A DNA stretch of 64,000 nt from Lama guanicoe (taxonomy: Eukaryota): positions 18,344,711-18,408,710 of the forward strand of contig MU054187.1 in NCBI GenBank assembly GCA_013239625.1, given 5' to 3'. Below, one piece after another: positions 24,791 through 36,470 of the stretch. The stretch's first letter is position 1. Every line of letters starts with the position of its first letter. The position numbers and the translations under genes are program-made. The notes beneath the pieces were generated by a model. That model ran no database searches and was not told the DNA's origin. It saw nothing but the letters and a program-made list of their open reading frames with translations.

Positions 24791-27590
24791 AAGAAAGACA
24801 CATTTCTGTATACTTAACACTTACCAGATTCTGTATACTCACTGGAAATAGGCTACGAATCTGTCTTCAGCAAGCAGGCAGCTAATTACAGCAGAAGAAA
24901 CCAGATCCAGGAAGCTTTATCATCAATGCCATGGAGGACCCTGCAGTCAGAGACACCTATATTTAAATCCCAGTTCTAACCAGCTCCATATGTACATTTG
25001 AATCCTGGCTCTAACCAGCTCCGTGGCCTTGAGTGCAAGTCATTGAACCTTCTGAGCCTGTTTCCTCCTCCAAGAAATGGGAGTGATGCAGCTCAGCTCT
25101 TAGAGACGTGAGCTGCACAAGTCACGTATCCAGCAGAACACCTGCATTCAGCAAATATCTAATACAAGTAATCAGTTAAACAGCTCATACAATCCATAGA
25201 ATAAAAAATAAAACCAGTTGCTGGGGACCAGCTAGCAAATTGCTAACCCTGTAATACCAGCAGAACGTCAATGATACGCAAGTAAAGAGAGGATTGAAGA
25301 CCCTCTCCAATTTCTTTAGCAACCCTTGAGTTTTGAGTCAGTCATGGTAAAAAGTAAAATAACTTACACGTGGCCAGAATTTTGGCCACGGTTTCAGGCT
25401 TCAACATACGGCATTTGGGTGTGTTGCATGAGTGTGTTTGTATGTGTGTGCACGTGTTGTGTTATTGTTTTCATTTAGTAATCCCTTGACGAAAGGTAAT
25501 CCATCCTTTCACAGATGTGCCCAGGTGGCTTCAGCACCAGCCTTCCTTTCTCAGTTTTCTTCAGAAATAGACCAGGCTTCCTGGCTCTGCTCTCTGCTCC
25601 CTGCCTCACCGGAGACCATGAGCTTTCTCTGACTGAGAAGGCAGGAGCATCCATTGAACCAGATTAGCGTCATTTTAATGGCTCCACTAGTGACAAGTGC
25701 TCGAGTCACTGACTAGGTGGCGGACTTCCCGGCCTGATCTTCTGGGTGGGGGTGGGGGTGGTTCTTTACGCACACCCCACCCTTTTCAGCCCATCACATC
25801 TTTCAGCTCCAGATCTTCAGGGATTCCCATCAGCAGGCTCCTGTGTCTCATTCTACCTCTGAAACCCCCAACGGCTGAGCTGTGATGATTTTTCCACGCC
25901 TCACCCTGGGGTGTGTCAGCACAGAAAGTATTTGAAATCTTTTGGATTCATTAAAATATAACTGCAATGGGAGGTTGCTAATTCTGCTCGCCAGTCCCCA
26001 CTCCTCTGGCTCCCCCCACCCCACTGTCCCCAAAATTCACAACCCCAGTAGATCCCATTAATAAAGACGCGCCTAGCTGTCTCTGGTGGTCTGGAAACAA
26101 TAAGGTCATTTTTAATTCCCATTTGTGCCTGGTTTTATCTTCAGAGGAGCCACAGCCTTGCTACCTCCCACACTAGCCTCCCTCTGAGGCCATAAAAGAT
26201 ATGACTGGAGGCCAAAGTCACACTTTCCCACAGGGGCCAAAATGGCCAGATTTCTCAGAAAGCTGTATATTTTTATCCAGAACTGATTTGAAATGCTCCC
26301 AAAGAGAACTTTCTTAAAGTATGACCAGAGAAGTAGAAGCAAGAACAACTGAATGGCCTTTACTTGGTAACTTAGTACTTCTTGGCAAACAGATATGTGG
26401 CGGGAAAAAAAAAAATTCCTGGGCCTCAGAAGACAGCAGCGCGAAAGGAATACATTTTTATCATCAGAGACGCTAGAGAACAATGAGGGAAACCCTTTCA
26501 GCTGACAAAGACGCAGAGCGCATCAGTCAACCACAAGATTTGAAGGCTCGCCAAGCACCGCTCACGATTAGACAAGGAAAACAAAATCAGGCTTAAGAGC
26601 TTAAGTCTTGGAACCAAGTCGATTGGGGGATCATTTTCTGGGTTCTTGCAGTGGGCTGTTTCCCTGGCTCTTCCACATACTAACTGCATGCCTTGGGGTG
26701 AATAACTTAGTAACTTAAACCTCAGTCGCTTCCTCTGTAAAATGGGGCTAATTGTATCTCTTCTACAGGGTTGCGGTGAGTTTAAATGACAATTCAATAT
26801 TGTACGTAGAAGAGAGTAAGGTAAAAACATGTGTAAGTGCCTGCTACAGGATGGATGGTTGAAAAGGAAATGACCACTGCCGTCAAAAAGCACACAGTCT
26901 AGTGAAAAAGAAAGGTATGAACATCTGATTAAAATATAATGCAACATTTGCCGTAACTGAGGTTGGACGGACCAGTCAAGTAGCCGAGAAAAGAGGCATT
27001 GTCCATGGTGGAGTCGGGACGAAGATGCTGGCAGTCTGATCTCGGGACTTTTGCTCTCCACCATCATGTCCAACAGGGGAGATCCTTGAGCAGCGAATAT
27101 ATTATCAGTCTAGCTCCCAACCTCACAACAGAAGATTCCAAATACAAGTGGCCATTCTCTGTGACCCTTTTGGGCCTGCTGAAACCAGCCCCACCTGTAC
27201 CCTTTTCAAAATCTGGAAGACTGTCAGAAAATAGATCCTTCCTCGAAGGCCTTTGGCCACTTTATTTATTTTCTTGAGGCCTTTTGTGTCCACCCCACAG
27301 CACACAGTCATTCAGCTGTGCACAGCCTTCCATCAGAAGCCTCCCATAAGGATGGAAATGTCAAAATCAATTTCCTGGAGAAGAAACAAAAATGGCTTTT
27401 TTTTCCCCTAAAATGGTCTTGGTAGCAAAATTTATGAGAGTAGAAACATGTCCTGAGGGATCAGATGGAAGGCTCGTTGGAAGGGTCATTTTCATCCGGG
27501 CCAGGGAAAGTCCTGGAGAAGAAACTCCACTGGGTCCCAGGGGATAAACTATATGTTGGAATTTATCCTTGTTTCTAAAAGCTACGCTTG

Positions 27591-27634
27591 TTTTTTTGTT
27601 TTGTTTTGTTTTGTTTTGTTTTGTTTTGTTTTGC
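27591..27634. repeat. (TTTTG)n pentanucleotide repeat
   Basis: Direct observation. Confidence 0.97.
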
Positions 27635-30600
27635 AAAGTGCTGATTATATCTCAAGGTGAGTGAGTCTGCAAAGTGTTTTACATAGGAAAACTGAGCAAG
27701 CTGGAGTCATGGCCAGAGGCTAGCGTGACACACTGCCTTCGGCTTGGTGAAGGGTGAGGGGTGTCCAGGTACCAAGGATATTTAGAGAGGCCCAGAGCCC
27801 TGTTGAGCTGTCTAGCGCTTCCCTCCACGAGGACTGCTAAAATCTTCAGGGAATGTACCTGGAAGCACAGCCATTGTACCTCCGATCAGAACCCCGGACT
27901 CACTACAGAATGGTCAAAAAGTAAACTCTGCCACAAAAGGAGACAAGATTCTGAAGAAAAAAATGGAAACCACTCTCCCCTATGCTGTCCCGCCCCCACT
28001 AAATAAGTGCTGAATAGAAATTAAAGATTTTCTGCCTGAAGGCATGCCAAGTTTCTATCCTACCCCGGCCCCCCACCCCATCCAGTTTGTGTACAGAAAG
28101 TACAAACAGAAGTACAGACACCTCTCCCTGAGTCTCAGGATAAAGAGAGTGAACACATCAGGGGGACAGTTCAGGTGAACTAAAGCCTCCCAAATCACAT
28201 ACTTCAAGACCCCCGGACAGGGCAGAATCGTGAAGTCTCCTGGAGCAGGATCCTCTGAGGTCACTGCTCTGAGGTCCCAAGTGGAATGGCAGATTTAGAG
28301 ACCAGGGGTCACAGTGGGGGACAGGCTCAGGCTGCAAAAGTCAGCTGCAAGATGTCCTGTCCAGCAGACAGGAGGCCAGGGGACAGACAGGCGGCCACCC
28401 AGCGGTCAGCAGAGGGACACGCATCCTCAGGGAGCAGAATGGCGAGGGTGTCTGGAGGGGAGGGCCCGATGCTGCGGGAGGCAGGGCTGGGAGCTGCTTA
28501 ATTGTTTCCTGCCTCCAGCCCAGACTGGTCTGGGAAGGAGGCAGGGCCGAGCTGCAGGTGGGAGATCTGTGTGGCCAGCTGGGACCCGGCTGGAGGAGGC
28601 TGAGTCAGGGGAAATGCGATGGGAGGTCGCGTGGGGGAGGGGAGGCACACTGACAGGCATCCTTAAACGTTCTAGGGAAGGAGACGGGGTCACTCCATGT
28701 GGGGCAGGGACTTCCTTCCCTCTCTCTTTATTTTCCTTCCTCTCTCTTCCCTCCCAGGCAAGCAGCTAGCGTCAGGATGAGCTGTCTCAAGGAAGAAGGA
28801 ATAAAAACAGCTTTTCAATGACTAGAGGTCATGTCCTGTTTGAAACAACAGCAAGAAAACAGAGAGCTACCTCTCCCGCAGAGACCAGGCTGCCGAGATC
28901 TCCCACCAAAGGGATCACGAGAGGACTTTGGTACTGGCTTCATAGCCTTGGGCTGAGGCAGGAACCCACAAAGCTCCCCCTTCTTCACTCCTGTAAAGAA
29001 AACTGCCAACTAGTTCCACGGCAGCTCTGAAAGCACATGATCCTTTCTCTGCAGACGTTTCCGCAAGGTCTTGCTCCCCTGAGAGATGAGTCTAGAGGCC
29101 ATCACCCAGGGGGCCGTACCTGGGGCTCTTTCATACATGACCCATGTCCCTGCACACTTGGCCTGGGGCATAAAGAGGAGACTCCTGGTGCCAATTAAAC
29201 AGCCAGGCAATGAGCAACGCCATCACAGCTCCCCTTTTCCAACTCAGTTTGAGATTGACTAATAACCTAAGAAATAAGTCATCCCTTTTTAATTTTCAGA
29301 GGCAACAAAGCTGTCCTCGGGGTATAAATCTTCTGATGCCCACCCTTCTTCAATCCAGTGGCAAATGTTTGCTAAATGCCCCTCAGTCTCCATAGGGAGG
29401 CGGGAGGTCATGACCACAGAGCACGTGGCTATCAGTGCTTTGATGCAGCAGGAAGACACCTCCAAGGAACTTAAAAACAAAGAGGTAAGACAGACCTCGG
29501 AGAGACAAAAATGTAAAATCGGTATCTGGAAAAACAGACCCGGTCAACTTGAAGCATCAGAACAGCTTCCTGAATAAGTCAGACACTCGCAGTGCTGGGT
29601 AGAGAACCTGCCCCAGGACCGTGGCCAGGTCCGGCCAGGGACCTGTACTGTGCGCTGGCACGTGTGGTCCAACAGCGAGCAGAGCCGCGGGGGAGAGAGA
29701 TGCAGCAGGCTGACTGCAGCTCAGGGCATGAAACATGAAGGTCTTCAACTCACTGAGCAATCTCAGAGGAAAATCAGGATCCTCCCCTAGGCCCATGGAG
29801 GCTGCGTGCACCAGCCAAGGGTCCAGAGCACTGCCTTAGTCCCCTCAGCACTTCTGGTTCTTATAAAGGGACCTGAATGCTTAATTTACAAATAAACTTG
29901 GTTACTGTAAGCCTGCCCTTGAGAGATTGGGTGGGCTGGAAACGTCAGTGCCTATGGTAAATTCAATCAACTTTGCTGAGAGAACAAAAGAATAAAATTA
30001 GGCTTCTGCGCCTGCAAGATTAAAGGTTTGACACTAAGCCCTTGGCAAACCCTGGAGGCAACACCTCCCTGAGAGCAGCTTGGGAGATACCCCGCCGGTC
30101 TTTCCTGGGCTCTGAACCACCCGCTGCCATTGCTCCTTGGTCAAACATGCATCAGACCTGTTTCTAACACAGACCAATAAAACCAGCTCTGTGACCAGGA
30201 GGAAAAGCATTCATATATCAGAGAATAAGATAAAGCAACGAGTAACTGCTAAATCGTGTGACTGATGGGCAGGAAAGTAGAAAGAGCTGAGAAGGGTCTT
30301 AGGGAAGAGATGGGCTTGGGTTGGCTCTGGAGGTTTACACGCATGAGGAACTGGGCCATGGTGCCCCAAATAGATACAGAAATGTGGGAGGCCTAGAAAG
30401 AAGGTGGGGGCACTTAGGGCAGAAACTTTAGGCTTTGAAGTGTTAGAAAGGATGTCAGAGACTAAGGGACTGACCAGATCTTGCAGTGTCTTCAATGCCA
30501 GGCTGCTGCAGGGTCATGCAATGGAAGCAGCCCTAAGAAGAGCGAGCTGGTAATGGTGCACAGGCTGGGTCACGGAGGGACTAGAAGTGAGGGCACAAGC

Positions 30601-31139
30601 AATATATGAACGCAGGAATATGCTGAAAAGGGCCACGGAGTCTGTATTTTGGGCTTTGTCCCTCCCTTCAACTCTCTAAATTTTGTTTTCCATGCTGTTA
30701 TGTCAGCCCAGCCCACTTTATTTTACTGGCTTCTGTGGTAGGTATACCATCTCACTTAACTCTCTCAACAAATGTGAGGTATGTACCCTTTTCCCCAATC
30801 TGGAGGTGAAGAACTAGGAGGCCATTTGCAAGTTGAGTAACTTGCCCAAGATCATGAAGCCAACTAGCAAACAGCTGGTCAGAGGCACAGCCCTGTATTC
30901 AAACTCAGGTCTGCCTGAGCCGAAGCCAACAATCCTGCATGCGCGTGTGAGCAGTTTCCCTGCTATTTAGAGAAATTAGAATATATGATTTTTGAGCATA
31001 GGTTTTAGAGTCAAGTTCTATGTTTGGTTCCTAGATTTTTTTTTGTACACTTTTATATCCACCTCCCATGTAGTCCATGGAGAATTTGCTCTCAACAAGC
31101 TTCATTAAGCATTAGGTAAGTGAAATTCTCAAATGTATT

Positions 31140-31660
31140 CAATTCTCAATAATATGAGAGGATAAGCATTGATTAACACAGTAAATCAAATAGGACTCAT
31201 GGCTTGAACCAGATGACAGCTTATGATTTTCTGACAGTGAAGAAGTCCAGGAATAAGTAGTCTACAGTGGTGACAGTGGCAGCACAGGATAATCAAAGAC
31301 CCACATTCCTGTCTCCCTGCTCCAACATCCTTAGCACAAGAGCTTCCATTTGCAAGATCACCTCAAAGCCCATTATGATGCTGAAGATCTAACCATCAAG
31401 TCCATGAACTAGGTAGGCACTGAGGAAGTGAGGATGGTCAAGGGAAAATGCCCTGCTTCCATCTGTCCCTGTCACAAGATACACTTTCTAGAAGTCCCTC
31501 CCAAAAAATTCCACTTGGAACGAATTGGCCATCCCAAGGCAGAAAGAGGGCTGGAAATACGTCTTGTTCTAGGCAGGAATGTGCTCAGCTAAACACCTGT
31601 CACTCAGGAAGAAGGCAGGAATAGATACTGAGCAGGCAATGAATGGTCTATGCCACTCAG
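31140..31660. mobile_element. MLT1-type MaLR LTR
   Basis: AAGAAGTCCAGG...ACTTTCTAGAAGTCCC...GAAGAAGGCAGGAATAGATACTGAG pattern. Confidence 0.65.
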
Positions 31661-31884
31661 ATAACCTGAATCGGCAAGGAAGCCAAAAATTAATTTAAAT
31701 TCAGACAGTCTGCTAAGATTCCACTTGCGTGTGAATAATGGAAATCTGAGGCTCTGACAGCACTTTTCTGCAAGTCAGAGAATGCAAAGATTTCAAAACA
31801 TGTTTGAGGGTCTTTAGGAACTGGTTTCTTTTTTTCTGAAAGAGGTTTGCTCCTGTTAAATAAGCTTGATTTCCTGAGACTTAT

Positions 31885-32408
31885 TGAGGTGGGAAGCTCC
31901 ATAAAAAAGACCGGCAGGACCCCCAAGCAGGGCCAGTACTGTCCTGCCAGCACCATCCAGTCCCCTGACCTAGCGGCTCTATCTCACTTTTTGCCTCTGA
32001 AAGGGCTTACTTCTAGGAAAGTGGAACTTACCCCTAAAATTCTATTGGTTCCCTAAGCTAACTCCTGATTGGTCCATTTGTAGTACTTCATTTGCACGAA
32101 GCTCACTCCTGATTGGTTATTTCTCTCACTCCTGTTTGGTCCATTTCTACAAAGCTTGTTCCTAATTAGTCAACTTTTGTTATACCTTATTTGCATACGA
32201 TGTTGCAAAGTGTAAACTGGTAGCCTATAAAAGCCTGTGTAAACCTATAGCGGGGGTTCAAAGCTTGGAGTGTTAACTCCTCTGGGCCTGCTGGTGTAAT
32301 AAACCTGAGTCCCTGAACTCTCCGAGTGCTGCTTGGTCTCTTGCGTGGATCCAGGTTGCTGTAACAACTGAACTGTTACACTAATCTGTCACACGCTTTT
32401 CTGCAACA
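31885..32408 (+). mobile_element. ERV solo LTR (ERV1-like)
   Basis: TG...CA ends with candidate 4-bp TSD TTAT/CTAT; repeated CTGATTGG boxes, TATAAAA at 32226 and AATAAA at 32298 in U3-R-U5 order. The 5' boundary is less certain. Confidence 0.82.
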
Positions 32409-34309
32409 CTATCGGAATTTTCTCTTATTGCAATTCTAAGATTAGCTTTTAAAATAATGAGAGTGATATAGGAAGGGTGAGAAATACACCTCTAGGGGTA
32501 GGGAAGTTTGATGTTGGGTCTAGGGGATAGAAAGATGGCCCTTCTGCACCGGTGACCACCAACATGAGGCTCTTCCCTGAAAGCTCAGCTTATCCACAGC
32601 ACTAAGTCTTATCTCGAGAATTGCAGGGTGAAAACTGTGTAATATTTTTAAAGCCAACCCCCAAGAGCACTATCTTGGTTTCCTAGGACCCCTGGAAGTG
32701 GCATCTTATTGGTAAAGTAGATTCCTCTGCACCCTCTGTTTTCTTCCTAAGTGGACCAGGATGTTTTAGGATTAAGGCGTCCTTGGAAGCTTTCCAAGAG
32801 TTTTCAGAGTTTGGCCATCAAACCAGCCATCCTGAATCTGAGAACTCATGAGAAAAGGACCAGCTATCTCCGTAATTTCCCAGACTTGGCCAACTTAGAG
32901 TAAATACATGAAAACAGTCTCTCAACCGTGATTCCAAATCTTCTGATTGTGCCAGGAAGAAAAAAATCTGCCGAATTTCGAAGACCTACTATTTTTTGAC
33001 ACTTTCAAAATAGCTGAAGACCGTTTTCAACCTACACTGTACTTGGGAAAACCATCAGAAGATAGTGCTGAATTAGGTAAACGATTCCAGTTCACCTTTA
33101 AATAAAATAGTCATCTATTTTTGGAGCCCTAGGTTTTCAGTGTTTCACCATTCTGGAAGTAAACATCACCCTCACTCCTTCTGTTTCAATGAGCACAGCT
33201 GTCTGGGTGGGGATGTAAACATCCCCTGGCCGTGTCGTGAATCCAAACACAACAATGTCAGGCCGCTGTGTGAGAACCAGGAAGCCAAGCTGACTACAAA
33301 CTGCACAAGAACTAGTCTCATTATCTGATCGAAATGAAGAAAGACCCACCAGATAGATAATAGGCTTGGGCCTATTTTAGAAATTAGCCCTTTTGGCAAT
33401 CGAGGCTTCTCCTAGAAGTACAAACATCCTGATGGAACTCTATAGTCACCTCATTTTTTATTTTATATATTTTATGATGTTTTGACTTCCTGGGGGGCGG
33501 AGCTGGCCCGGGAAAGATTGCCCGGTCCAGGGCTTGCTAACCCTAAGATAACTTGCCTGGGACTGGGTGCAGAAACATGAATCCTGGTGCAGAAATGCAA
33601 GACCAGTTGAAACAGAATAAACCTGGCCCCTGGAAGAGGGTGGAAAGATTTTTAGCCCTCCTACTCTCAAACCTGCTATCATAAATGCAAGTTTGCCAGT
33701 TAAAAGAAAATAGAACTACTCTTTAAATACATAAAACAAATGAAACAACAATCAGGGACTACATTAAGGAAGCTGTCAATACAATAACACTCCCCTCCCC
33801 CAAAAAAGAAAATGTACAGATGCAAATATATCAAAAAGTTAAGATAATTGGGATTATGTATTTTTTCCCCTCATACTGATTTGTCTTTTCTAGTTTTTCT
33901 GGGACTGCTTCTGTAATAATAGGAAAGTAAATATCATTACTAACTTTTAAAGTTTTTAAAAATACAAGATAAAATAACATGAGGTATCACATTGCCCATT
34001 AGAATAGACCTTTCAACTACCCATTATATTTACAGCTAGCATTTATTAAGCACTTACTGTGCATTGAATAATACGCTGTGATTTATCATCACCTCAATTT
34101 GTCATCATGCTATTCCACGTACATTTGAGAAACTGAGGTTCAGCAAAATTACATAACTTGCTTCAGGCCCCTCAGGTAGGAAATGACAGAGGCCAGGTCC
34201 ACCCAGACCCCTCGGATTTATTCTGCAGCTTCAGCTCAGACCACCAGTCCTGCAGCGGGTGCTAGGAGACACTTGTAGTTGATGGATGTGTGGTTGATGG
34301 ATGAATAAA

Positions 34310-34790
34310 TGGTACACCCTTTCTAGAAAACAATTGTGCAATAAATGTCAAGGGCTTTTAAAATGTTCATATTCTTTGCAAGTAATGATTCTAGGAATAT
34401 ATGCTGAGAAAATAACCTGAGATTCTCCAAAGTTTGTGAACAGGATGTTCACAACTTCATTATATATTATAGTGAGAAAATACAATTATATGTCAAAAAA
34501 GAGAAATAGTTAGATAAATTATAGTGTTTCCATGTAGAATTATTTTCAAAAACTTCAATTACATGGCAAAATCTTAAATAAAAGAAGCATAATATGAAAG
34601 CTTATTTCACGTACTTGTTTTTTTAAATACATAAAAATCCATTTACATACACATGCATAGAAAAAAAACTAGGAGAAAAATCACACAGCTGGTATTTATT
34701 GTGATAAGATATTGATCTTTTTTAAAAAATGTTGTGCTTTCCATTTTATTATGATGAATACATTATTTTAATATTCATAAAAACAAATGT
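34310..34790 (+). mobile_element. Old L1ME-like 3' fragment
   Basis: GGTACACCCTTTCTAGAAAACAATT...AAATGTTCATATTCTTTG...ATTCTAGGAATATAT. Confidence 0.6.
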
Positions 34791-36171
34791 TCTTATACAA
34801 GATTCATTCTTCAAAAGCCTGATTGATACTCAACTTTCTGGAATGCACCTTGTCTCAAAAGCACTTTTATTTAAAAGGAATGTTTTTCAGATTTTAGTTT
34901 AATTCCTAGACTATATAAATAAATTTTAAGCATTCTGTAAGAGCAAGATTAATGTCAATAATGTAACTTAATAAATTTGATTCACATGGAGCCCCAAAAT
35001 TAAAACATGATCACTAACAGAATTAAAATTAAAAAGTGTTTTATTTGCAGTAAACATCTGTTTTTCTTGAATCCAACCTACTGGAAAACTAAGATAAACA
35101 TAATTATTCCATGCTGTACAACTGAAGGGTAATTACTGTTCATAATAATGAGTCGAAGGCATTGCAAGACCCTGAAACGTCTTCTGAGCCACCAAAGAAA
35201 GATTGCATTACATTGCACTGTGTGGCATTACACAGCTTCGTTAAGACTGTTCTACTGTTGTGAATTCTCTGAAAATTGGCTAACCTACACTTGGCAGGTA
35301 CAGTAAGCTAAAATTGTCTATCAATCAGAATGCCCTACTCACCTATACTTTTAAATAAACTGAAGTGCACTATATATTCATCAGAATTTGTTTAGAAAAA
35401 CGGGATTTATAAATGCCTCTGAGCTCTTTACTCAAGTCTACCCGTATGACATGGGGGCTAGGGGTTACAAAAGCAGACTATCTGGGACTGGTAAAAAAAG
35501 AGAAATCCTGCAGGTGGTTCAAGGGTAGCTAGGAAGGACCTTGTCTAAAGATAATGCGATGCTGGGACTGTCAAGTTTCATTAGCAAAAGCATGTGAAAG
35601 GAAACTTCAGCACAACTGCTAAAATGAAGTTAGAAGCCAGAGGATTTTGGCAAGCGCTGAGCTTGGAGCAAGTCCTGCTGTGGGAACTGCAGGATGCTCT
35701 CGGCAAAGGACAATGGCAGCAGGAATTCTTCTTCTTAGTGTTCCCTGGTGGAAACGCCGTGCACCGTCATGCTGAGAAACAGAAAACACGGCCGTGGGGG
35801 ATTCAGGTCTGGGGTCAGCACTCTGAGCAGGGAGCATCCACGTGGTCCTTCTGCAGAACATCTTTGGGCTTCTTGAAATCACATGGTTGCTGCTTGGGAC
35901 CCGCCAGGCAGTAAAGAGCTGTGCTGAACAAGACACAGAGAAGTTGCGGGCTGGTGAGCGGTGCTGGGCGGTGGTGGTGTTTACCTCTGCCAGGCTTCCA
36001 AGAGCCGCAGAGAGAATGCAGAACAGCCAGCATCACAGCTGCCTTGTGAACTTAGATCCACCCATGACCAGGGTTGAGCATTGGGCAATGCATGTCCCCA
36101 AAAGTAATTACTATTTATTATTCACAGGAAATCCATGAAGCCGGTGACTTAATGTAACGTATCCATCTAGA

Positions 36172-36470
36172 ACTAGCCTGTCCAATAGGGCAGCCAACTA
36201 GTCATATTTAGTCATTTGAATTAATTAAAATTAGGGGGGAGGCTATAGCTCAAGTGGTAGATTGCATGCTTAGCATGCACGAGGTCCTGGGTTCAATCCC
36301 CAGTACCTCCCCTCCAAAAAAAATAAAAAATTAATTAATTAATGAAAATGATATACAATTAAAAATTCAGGTCCTTTTGAAGTGCTCAATAGCCATATGT
36401 GACTAGTGGCTACTGTATGGGATAGTGCAAATAGAGAACATTTCCATCACCAGGGAATGGTCTATTGAAC
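36172..36470 (-). mobile_element. MER3-like hAT-Charlie MITE, split by a SINE
   Basis: CTGTCCAATAGG...; AAGTGCTCAATAGCCATATGTGACTAGTGGCTAC; AGAACATTTCCATCA match the remembered MER3 consensus. Confidence 0.8.
36234..36336 (+). mobile_element. tRNA(Ala)-derived SINE (short form) inserted in MER3
   Basis: Intact A and B boxes, A tail, and 15-bp TSD AATTAAT(T/G)AAAAT(T/G)A at 36219-36233 and 36337-36351. Confidence 0.9.

Noticed and set aside
36237..36310. tRNA-Ala(AGC) gene
   Set aside because: Has an A tail and TSD, sits inside MER3, has an irregular acceptor stem and related copies at 6423 and 18239; it is a SINE.
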